From the human T2T-CHM13v2.0 reference genome, Homo sapiens, in assembly GCF_009914755.1 (NCBI RefSeq), contig NC_060944.1: a DNA stretch of 64,000 bases; one strand, given 5' to 3'. Within the stretch, counting starts at the first letter, position 1; each line of letters opens with the position of its first letter. The notes beneath the pieces are model-generated. The model was given only the letters and a program-made list of their open reading frames with translations, was not told the origin of the DNA and did not search any database. Position numbers and translations under genes: made by a program. Positions 36,353 through 47,500 of this stretch are shown one piece after another.

Positions 36353-39071
36353 TCTTCCCTTGAAAACTAGACAGAAGCATTCTCAGAAACTTATTTGTGA
36401 TGTGTGCCCTCAACTGACAGTGTTGAACCTTTGTTTTGATAGAGCAGTTCTGAAACACACTTTTTGTAAAATCTGCAAGAGGATATTTGGATAGCTTTGA
36501 GGATTTCGTTGGAAACGGGAATGTCTTCATGTAAACTCTAGACAGAAGCATTCTCAGAAACTGCTTTGGGATGTTTCAATTGAAGTCCCAGTGTTGAACA
36601 TTCCCTTTCATAGTGCAGGTTTGAAACACTCTTTTTGTAGTATCTGGAAGTGGACATTTGGAGCGCTTTCAGGTCTACGGTGAAAAAGGAGATATCTTCC
36701 AATAAAAACTAGATAGAAGCAATGTCAGAACTTTTTTCATGATGTATCTACTCAGCAAACAGAGTTGAACCTTTCTTTTGAGAGAGCAGTTTTGAAACAC
36801 TCTTTTTGTGGAATATGCAAGTGGGTATTAGGCCAGCTTGGAGGATTTCGTTGGAAACGGGAATACGTATAAAAAGCAGACAGCAGCATTGTCAGAAACT
36901 ACTTTGTAATGTTTGCATTCAAGTCACAGAATTGAACACTCCCTTTCACAGAGCAGGTTTGAAACACTCTTTTTGTAGTGTCTCTAAGTGAACATTTGGA
37001 TTGCTTTCAGGCCTAAGGTGAAAAAGGAAATATCTTCCCATAAAAACTAGACAGAAGCATTCTCAGAAACTTGTTTGTGATGTGTGCCCTCTACTGACAG
37101 AGTTGAACCTTTCTTTGCAAAGAGCAGTTTTGAAACACTCTTTTTGTAGAATCTGCAAGAGGATATTTGGATAGCTTTGAGGATTTCTTGGGAAACGGGA
37201 ATGTCTTCAGATAAACTCTAGACAGAAGCATTCTCAGAAACTTCTTTGGGATGTTTCAATTGAAGTCACAGTGTTGAACATTCCCTTTCACAGAGCAGGT
37301 TTGAAACACTCTTTTTGTAGTGTCTCTAAGTGAACATTTGGATTGCTTTCAGGCCTAAGGTGAAAAAGGAAATATCTTCCCATAAAAACTAGACAGAAGC
37401 ATTCTCAGAAACTTGTTTGTGATGTGTGCCCTCTACTGACAGAGTTGAACCTTTCTTTGCAAAGAGCAGTTTTGAAACACTCTTTTTGTAGAATCTGCAA
37501 GAGGATATTTGGATAGCTTTGAGGATTTCTTGGGAAACGGGAATGTCTTCAGATAAACTCTAGACAGAAGCATTCTCAGAAACTTCTTTGGGATGTTGCA
37601 TTCAAGTCACAGAGTAGAACATTCCCATTCATAGAGCAGATTTGAAACACTCTTTTTGTAGTATCTGGAAGTGGACATTTGGAGCGCTTTCAGGCCTATG
37701 TTGAAAAAGGAAATATCTTCCCATAAAAACTAGACGGAAGCATTCTCAGAAACTTACTTGTGATGTGTTTGCTCAACTAACAGAATTGAACCATCGTTTT
37801 GAAGGAGCAGTTTTGAAACACTGTTTTCTTGGAATCTCCAAGTGGATATTTGGCTAGCCTTGAGGATGTCGTTGGAAACGGGATTACATATAAAACGGAG
37901 AGAGCAGCATTCTCAGAAACTTCTTTGTGATGTCTGCATTCAAGTCACAGAGTTGAGCATTCCCTTTCATAGAGCAGGTTGGAAACACTCTTTTTGTAGT
38001 ATCTGGATGAGGACATTTGGAGCGCTTTCAGGCGTATGGTGAAAAAGGAAATATCTTCCCGTAAAAACTAGACAGAAGCATTCTCAGAAATTTATTTGTG
38101 ATGTGTGCCCTCAACTAACAGAGTTGAACCTTTCTTTTGATAGAGCAGTTTTGAAACACTCTTTTTGTAAAATCTGCAAGAGGATATTTGGATATCTTTG
38201 AGGATTTCGTTGCAAAGGGGAATGGCTTCATATAAAGTCTAGACAGAAGCATTCTCAGAAACTTCGTTGGGATGTTTCGATTGAAGTCCCAGTGTTGAAC
38301 ATTCCCTTTTATAGAGCAGGTTGGAAACACTCTTTCTGCATTCCCTGGAACTGGACATTTGGAGCACTTTCAGGACGACGGTGAAAATGGAAATATCTTC
38401 CAATAAAATATAGATAGAAGCAATGTAAGAAACTTTTCTGTGATGGATCTACTCAGCTACCAGAGTTGAACCTTTCTTTTGAGAGAGCAGTTTTGCAACA
38501 CTCTTTTTGTGGAATATGCAAGTGGATATTAGGGCAGCTTTGAGGATTTCGTTGGAAACGGGAATACATGTAAAAAGCAGACAGCAGCATTCTCAGAAAC
38601 TTCTTTGTGATGTTTGCATTGAAGTCATAGAGTTGAACATTCCCTTTGAGAGAGCAGGTTTGAAACACGCCTTTTGTCATATCTGGAAGTGTCCATTCGG
38701 AGCGCATTCAAGCTTGTGTTGAAAAAGGAAATATCCTCCCATAAAAACTAAACAGAAGCATTCTCAGAAACTTATTTGTGATGTATGAACTCAACTAACA
38801 GAAGTAAACCATCGTTTTGAAGGAGCAGTTTTGAAACAGTCGTTTTGCGGAATCTGCAACTGGATATTTGGCTAGCTTGGAGGATTTCGTTGGAAACGGG
38901 ATTACATACAAAAAGCAGACAGCAGCATTCTCAGAAACTTCTTTGTGATGTTTGCATTCAAGTCACAGAGTTGAACATTCCCTTTCATAGAGCAGGTTTG
39001 AAACACACTATTTGTAGTATCTGTATGTGGACATTTGGATCGCTTTCAGGCCTATGGTGAAAAAGGAAATA
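36353..39071 (+). repeat. HOR copy 15, non-canonical 16-mer (d3-d3 instead of d3-d4; 2,719 bp)
   Basis: Dead d3 boxes at 37184 and 37526, each preceded by GTGTCTCTAAG...GGATTG...CCTAAGG; no d4 (CGGGTATG) box. Confidence 0.9.
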
Positions 39072-41789
39072 TCTTCCCATGAAAACTAGACAGAAGCATT
39101 CTCAGAAACTTATTTGTGATGTGTGCCCTGAACTGACAGTGTTGAACCTTTGTTTTGATAAAGCAGTTCTGAAACACACTTTTTGTAAAATCTGCAAGAG
39201 GATATTTGGATAGCTTTGAGGATTTCGTTGGAAACGGGAATGTCTTCATGTAAACTCTAGACAGAAGCATTCTCAGAAACTGCTTTGGGATGTTTCAATT
39301 GAAGTCCCAGTGTTGAACATTCCCTTTCATAGAGCAGGTTTGAAACACTCTTTTTGTAGTATCTGGAAGTGGACATTTGGAGCGCTTTCAGGTCTACGGT
39401 GAAAAAGGAGATATCTTCCAATAAAAACTAGATAGAAGCAATGTCAGAACTTTTTTCATGATGTATCTACTCAGCAAACAGAGTTGAACCTTTCTTTTGA
39501 GAGAGCAGTTTTGAAACACTCTTTTTGTGGAATATGCAAGTGGGTATTAGGCCAGCTTGGAGGATTTCGTTGGAAACGGGAATACGTATAAAAAGCAGAC
39601 AGCAGCATTGTCAGAAACTACTTTGTGATGTTTGCATTCAAGTCACAGAATTGAACACTCCCTTTCACAGAGCAGGTTTGAAACACTCTTTTTGTAGTGT
39701 CTGTAAGTGAACATTTGGATTGCTTTCAGGCCTAAGGTGAAAAAGGAAATATCTTCCCATAAAAACTAGACAGAAGCATTCTCAGAAACTTGTTTGTGAT
39801 GTGTGCCCTCTACTGACAGTGTTGAACCTTTCTTTGCAAAGAGCAGTTTTGAAACACTCTTTTTGTAGAATCTGCAAGAGGATATTTGGATAGCTTTGAG
39901 GATTTCTTGGGAAACGGGAATGTCTTCAGATAAACTCTAGACAGAAGCATTCACAGAAACTTCTTTGGGATGTTTCAATTGAAGTCACAGTTTTGAACAT
40001 TCCCTTTCACAGAGCAGGTTTGAAACACTCTTTTTGTAGTGTCTATAAGTGAACATTTGGCGTGCTTTCAGGCCTAACGTGAAAAAGGAACTATCTTCCC
40101 ATAAAAACTAGACAGAAGCATTCTCAGAAACTTGTTTGTGATGTGTGCCCTCTACTGACAGAGTTGAACCTTTCTTTGCAAAGAGCAGCTTTGGAACACT
40201 CTTTTTGTAGAATCTGCAAGAGGATATTTGGATAGCTTTGAGGATTTCGTTGGAAACGGGTAAGTCTTCAGATAAACTCTAGACAGAGGCATTCTCAGAA
40301 ACTTCTTTGGGATGTTGCATTCAAGTCACAGAGTAGAACATTCCCATTCATAGAGCAGATTTGAAACACTCTTTTTGTAGTATCTGGAAGTGGACATTTG
40401 GAGCGCTTTCAGGCCTATGTTGAAAAAGGAAATATCTTCCCATAAAAACTAGACGGAAGCATTCTCAGAAACATACTTGTGATGTGTTTGCTCAACTAAC
40501 ATAATTGAACCATCGTTTTGAAGGAGCAGTTTTGAAACACTGTTTTCGTGGAATCTGCAAGTGGATATTTGGCTAGCTTTGAGGATTTCGTTGGAAACGG
40601 GATTACGTATAAAAAGGAGACAGCAGCATTCTCAGAAACTTCTTTGTGATGTCTGCATTCAAGTCACAGAGTTGAGCATTCCCTTTCATAGAGCAGGTTG
40701 GAAACACTCTTTTTGTAGTATCTGGATGAGGACATTTGGAGCGCTTTCAGGCGTATGGTGAAAAAGGAAATATCTTCCCGTAAAAACTAGACAGAAGCAT
40801 TCTCAGAAATTTATTTGTGATGTGTGCCCTCAACTAACAGAGTTGAACCTTTCTTTTGATAGAGCAGTTTTGAAACACTCTTTTTGTAAAATCTGCAAGA
40901 GGATATTTGGATAGCTTTGAGGATTTCGTTGCAAACGGGAATGGCTTCATATAAAGTCTAGACAGAAGCATTCTCAGAAACTTCGTTGGGATGTTTCGAT
41001 TGAAGTCCCAGTGTTGAACATTCCCTTTCATAGAGCAGGTTGGAAACACTCTTTCTGCATTCCCTGGAAGTGGACATTTGGAGCGCTTTCAGGACGACGG
41101 TGAAAATGGAAATATCTTCCAATAAAATCTAGATAGAAGCAATGTCAGAAACCTTTCTGTGATGGATCTACTCAGCTAACAGAGTTGAACCTTTCTTTTG
41201 AGAGAGCAGTTTTGCAACACTCTTTTGAGGAATATGCAAGTGGATATTAGGGCAGCTTTGAGGATTTCGTTGGAAACGGGAATACATGTAAAAAGCAGAC
41301 AGCAGCATTCTCAGAAACTTCTTTGTGATGTTTGCATTGAAGTCACAGAGTTGATCATTCCCTTTGAGAGAGCAGGTTTGAAACACGCCTTTTGTCATAT
41401 CTGGAAGTGTCCATTCGGAGCGCATTCAGGCTTGTGTTGAAAAAGGAAATATCCTCCTATAAAAACTAGACAGAAGCATTCTCAGAAACTTATTTGTGAT
41501 GTATGAACTCAACTAACAGAACTAAACCATCGTTTCGAAGGAGCAGTTTTGAAACACTCTTTTTGCGGAATCTGCAACTGGATATTTGGCTAGCTTGGAG
41601 GATTTCGTTGGAAACGGGATTACATACAAAAAGCAGACAGCAGCATTCTCAGAAACTTCTTTGTGATGTTTGCATTCAAGTCACAGAGTTGAACATTCCC
41701 TTTCATAGAGCAGGTTTGAAACACACTATTTGTAGTATCTGTATGTGGACATTTGGATCGCTTTCAGGCCTATGGTGAAAAAGGAAATA
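39072..41789 (+). repeat. HOR copy 16, canonical 16-mer (2,718 bp)
   Basis: d1-d8 present between anchors at 39072 and 41790. Confidence 0.92.
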
Positions 41790-44503
41790 TCTTCCCATGA
41801 AAACTAGACAGAAGCATTCTCAGAAACTTATTTGTGATGTGTGCCCTCAACTGACAGTGTTGAACCTTTGTTTTGATAAAGCAGTTCTGAAACACACATT
41901 TGTAAAATCTGCAAGAGGATATTTGGATAGCTTTGAGGATTTCGTTGGAAACGGGAATGTCTTCATGTAAACTCTAGACAGAAGCATTCTCAGAAACTGC
42001 TTTGGGATGTTTCAATTGAAGTCCCAGTGTTGAACATTCCCTTTCATAGAGCAGGTTTGAAACACTCTTTTTGTACTATCTGGAAGTGGACATTTGGAGC
42101 GCTTTCAGGTCTACGGTGAAAAAGGAGATATCTTCCAATAAAAACTAGATAGAAGCAATGTCAGAACTTTTTTCATGATGTATCTACTCAGCAAACAGAG
42201 TTGAACCTTTCTTTTGAGAGAGCAGTTTTGAAACACTCTTTTTGTGGAATATGCAAGTGGGTATTAGGCCAGCTTGGAGGATTTCGTTGGAAACGGGAAT
42301 ACGTATAAAAAGCAGACAGCAGCATTGTCAGAAACTACTTTGTGATGTTTGCATTCAAGTCACAGAATTGAACACTCCCTTTCACAGAGCAGGTTTGAAA
42401 CACTCTTTTTGTAGTGTCGGTAAGTGAACATTTGGATTGCTTTCAGGCCTAAGGTGAAAAAGGAAATATCTTCCCATAAAAACTAGACAGAAGCATTCTC
42501 AGAAACTTGTTTGTGATGTGTGCTCTCTACTGACAGAGTTGAACCTTTCTTTGCAAACAGCAGCTTTGGAACACTCTTTTTGTAGAATCTGCAAGAGGAT
42601 ATTTGGATAGCTTTGAGGATTTCGTTGGAAACGGGTATGTCTTCAGATAAACTCTAGACAGAAGCATTCTCAGAAACTTCTTTGGGATGTTGCATTCAAG
42701 TCACAGAGTAGAACATTCCCATTCATAGAGCAGATTTGAAACACTCTTTTTGTAGTATCTGGAAGTGGACATTTGGAGCGCTTTCAGGCCTATGTTGAAA
42801 AAGGAAATATCTTCCCATAAAAACTAGACGGAAGCATTCTCAGAATCGTACTTGTGATGTGTTTGCTCAACTAACAGAATTGAACCATCGTTTTGAAGGA
42901 GCAGTTTTGAAACACTGTTTTCGTGGAATCTGCAAGTGGATATTTGGCTAGCTTTGAGGATTTCGTTGGAAACGGGATTACATATAAAAAGGAGACAGCA
43001 GCATTCTCAGAAACTTCTTTGTGATGTCTGCATTCAAGTCACAGAGTTGAGCATTCCCTTTTATACAGCAGGTTGGAAACACTCTTTTGGCAGTATCTGG
43101 ATGAGGACATTTGGAGCGCTTTCAGGCGTATGGTGAAAAATGAAATATCTTCCCGTAAAAACTAGACAGAAGCATTCTCAGAAATTTATTTGTGATGTGT
43201 GCCCTCAACTAACAGAGTTGAACCTTTCTTTTGATAGAGCAGTTTTGAAACACTCTTTTTGTAAAATCTGTAAGAGGATATTTGGATAGCTTTGAGGATT
43301 TCGTTGCAAACGGGAATGGCTTCATATAAACTCTAGACGGAAGCATTCTCAGAAATTTCGTTGGGATGTTTCGATTGAAGTCCCAGTGTTGAACATTCCC
43401 TTTCATAGAGCAGGTTGGAAACACTCTTTCTGCATTCCCTGGAAGTGGACATTTGGAGCGCTTTCTGGACGACGGTGAAAATGGAAATATCTTCCAATAA
43501 AATCTAGATAGAAGCAATGTCAGAAACTTTTCTGTGATGGATCTACTCAGCTACCAGAGTTGAACCTTTCTTTTGAGAGAGCAGTTTTGCAACACTCTTT
43601 TTGTGGAATATGCAAGTGGATATTAGGGCAGCTTTGAGGATTTCGTTGGAAACGGGAATACATGTAAAAAGCAGACAGCAGCATTCTCAGAAACTTCTTT
43701 GTGATGTTTGCATTGAAGTCACAGAGTTGAACATTCCCTTTGAGAGAGCAGGTTTGAAACACGCCTTTTGTCATATCTGGAAGTGTCCATTCGGAGCGCA
43801 TTCAGGCTTGTGTTGAAAAAGGAAATATCCTCCCATAAAAACTAGACAGAAGCATTCTCAGAAACTTATTTGTGATGTATGAACTCAACTAACAGAACTA
43901 AACCATCGTTTCGAAGGAGCAGTTTTGAAACCCTCTTTTTGCGGAATCTGCAACTGGATATTTGGCTAGCTTGGAGGATTTCGTTGGAAACGTGATTACA
44001 TACAAAAAGCAAACAGCAGCATTCTCAGAAACTTCTTTGTGATGTTTGCATTGAAGTCACAGAGTTGAACATTCTCTTTGAGAGAGCAGGTTTGAAACAC
44101 GCCTTTTGTCATATCTGGAAGTGTCCATTCGGAGCGCATTCAGGCTTGTGTTGAAAAAGGAAATATCCTCCCATAAAAACTAGACAGAAGCATTCTCAGA
44201 AACTTATTTGTGATGTATGAACTCAACTAACAGAACTAAACCATCGTTTCGAAGGAGCAGTTTTGAAACCCTCTTTTTGCGGAATCTGCAACTGGATATT
44301 TGGCTAGCTTGGAGGATTTCGTTGGAAACGTGATTACATACAAAAAGCAGACAGCAGCATTCTCAGAAACTTCTTTGTGATGTTTGCATTCAAGTCACAG
44401 AGTTGAACATTCCCTTTCATAGAGCAGGTTTGAAACACTCTTTTTGTAGTATCTGGATGTGGACATTTGGATCGCTTTCAGGCCTATGGTGAAAAAGGAA
44501 ATA
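41790..44503 (+). repeat. HOR copy 17, non-canonical 16-mer (d3 deleted, d8 duplicated; 2,714 bp)
   Basis: Single d4-type box at 42620; two d8 boxes at 43979 and 44317 (338 bp apart), each preceded by the GCCTTTTGTCATATC monomer. Confidence 0.92.
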
Positions 44504-47500
44504 TCTTCCCATGAAAACTAGACAGAAGCATTCTCAGAAACTTATTTGTGATGTGTGCCCTCAACTGACAGTGTTGAACCTTTGTTTTGATAGAGCAGTT
44601 CTGAAACACACTTTTTGTAAAATCTGCAAGAGGATATTTGGATAGATTTGAGGATTTCGTTGGAAACGGGAATGTCTTCATGTAAACTCTAGACAGAAGC
44701 ATTCTCAGAAACTGCTTTGGGATGTTTCAATTGAAGTCCCAGTGTTGAACATTCCCTTTCATAGAGCAGGTTTGAAACACTCTTTTTGTACTATCTGGAA
44801 GTGGACATTTGGAGCGCTTTCAGGTCTACGGTGAAAAAGGAGATATCTTCCAATAAAAACTAGATAGAAGCAATGTCAGAACTTTTTTCATGATGTATCT
44901 ACTCAGCAAACAGAGTTGAACCTTTCTTTCGAGAGAGCAGTTTTGAAACAGTCTTTTTGTGGAATATGCAAGTGGGTATTAGGCCAGCTTGGAGGATTTC
45001 GTTGGAAACGGGAATACGTATAAAAAGCAGACAGCAGCATTGTCAGAAACTACTTTGTGATGTTTGCATTCAAGTCACAGAATTGAACACTCCCTTTCAC
45101 AGAGCAGGTTTGAAACACTCTTTTTGTAGTGTCTGTAAGTGAACATTTGGATTGCTTTCAGGCCTAAGGTGAAAAAGGAAATATCTTCCCGTAAAAACTA
45201 GACAGAAGCATTCTCAGAAACTTGTTTGTGATGTGTGCCCTCTACTGACAGAGTTGAACCTTTCTTTGCAAAGAGCAGGTTTGAAACACTCTTTTTGTAG
45301 AATCTGCAAGAGGATATTTGGATAGCTTTGAGGATTTCTTGGGAAACGGGAATGTCTTCAGATAAACTCTAGACAGAAGCATTCACAGAAACTTCTTTGG
45401 GATGTTTCAATTGAAGTCACAGTTTTGAACATTCCCTTTCACAGAGCAGGTTTGAAACACTCTTTTTGTAGTGTCTATAAGTGAACATTTGGCGTGCTTT
45501 CAGGCCTAACGTGAAAAAGGAACTATCTTCCCATAAAAACTAGACAGAAGCATTCTCAGAAACTTGTTTGTGATGTGTGCCCTCTACTGACAGAGTTGAA
45601 CCTTTCTTTGCAAAGAGCAGCTTTGGAACACTCTTTTTGTAGAATCTGCAAGAGGATATTTGGATAGCTTTGAGGATTTCGTTGGAAACGGGTTAGTCTT
45701 CAGATAAACTCTAGACAGAGGCATTCTCAGAAATTTCTTTGGGATGTTGCATTCAAGTCACAGAGTAGAACATTCCCATTCATAGAGCAGATTTGAAACA
45801 CTCTTTTTGTAGTATCTGGAAGTGGACATTTGGAGCGCTTTCAGGCCTATGTTGAAAAAGGAAATATCTTCCCATAAAAAGTAGACGGAAGCATTCTCAG
45901 AAACATACTTGTGATGTGTTTGCTCAACTAACATAATTGAACCATCGTTTTGAAGGAGCAGTTTTGAAACACTGTTTTCGTGGAATCTGCAAGTGGATAT
46001 TTGGCTAGCTTTGAGGATTTCGTTGGAAACGGGATTACGTATAAAAAGGAGACAGCAGCATTCTCAGAAACTTCTTTGTGATGTCTGCATTCAAGTCACA
46101 GAGTTGAGCATTCCCTTTCATAGAGCAGGTTGGAAACACTCTTTTTGTAGTATCTGGATGAGGACATTTGGAGCGCTTTCAGGCGTATGGTGAAAAAGGA
46201 AATATCTTCCCGTAAAAACTAGACAGAAGCATTCTCAGAAATTTATTTGTGATGTGTGCCCTCAACTAACAGAGTTGAACCTTTCTTTGATAGAGCAGTT
46301 TTGAAACACTCTTTTTGTAAAATCTGCAAGAGGATATTTGGATAGCTTTGAGGATTTCGTTGCAAACGGGAATGGCTTCATATAAAGTCTAGACAGAAGC
46401 ATTCTCAGAAACTTCGTTGGGATGTTTCGATTGAAGTCCCAGTGTTGAACATTCCCTTTCATACAGCAGGTTGGAAACACTCTTTCTGCATTCCCTGGAA
46501 GTGGACATTTGGAGCGCTTTCAGGACGACGGTGAAAATGGAAATATCTTTCAATAAAATCTAGATAGAAGCAATGTCAGAAACCTTTCTGTGATGGATCT
46601 ACTCAGCTAACAGAGTTGAACCTTTCTTTTGAGAGAGCAGTTTTGCAACACTCTTTTTGTGGAATATGCAAGTGGATATTAGGGCAGCTTTGAGGATTTC
46701 GTTGGAAACGGGAATACATGTAAAAAGCAGACAGCAGCATTCTCAGAAACTTCTTTGTGATGTTTGCATTGAAGTCACAGAGTTGAACATTCCCTTTGAG
46801 AGAGCAGGTTTGAAACACGCCTTTTGTCCTATCTGGAAGTGTCCATTCGGTGCGCATTCAGGCTTGTGTTGAAAAAGGAAATATCCTCCCATAAAAACTA
46901 GACAGAAGCATTCTCAGAAACTTATTTGTGATGTATGAACTCAACTAACAGAACTAAACCATCGTTTCGAAGGAGCAGTTTTGAAACACTCTTTTTGCGG
47001 AATCTGCAACTGGATATTTGGCTAGCTTGGAGGATTTCGTTGGAAACGGGATTACATACAAAAAGCAGACAGCAGCATTCTCAGAAACTTCTTTGTGATG
47101 TTTGCATTCAAGTCACAGAGTTGAACATTCCCTTTCATAGAGCAGGTTTGAAACACTCTTTTTGTAGTATCTGGATGTGGACATTTGGATTGCTTTCAGG
47201 CCTATGGTGAAAAAGGAAATATCTTCCCATGAAAACTAGACAGAAGCATTCTCAGAAACTTATTTGTGATGTGTGCCCTCAACTAACAGTGTTGAACCTT
47301 TGTTTTGATAGAGCAGTTCTGAAACACACTTTTTGTAAAATCTGCAAGAGGATATTTGGATAGCTTAGAGGATTTCGTTGCAAACGGGAATGTCTTCATG
47401 TAAACTCTAGACAGAAGCATTCTCAGAAACTGCTTTGGGATGTTTCAATTGAAGTCCCAGTGTTGAACATTCCCTTTAATAGAGCAGGTTTGAAACACTC

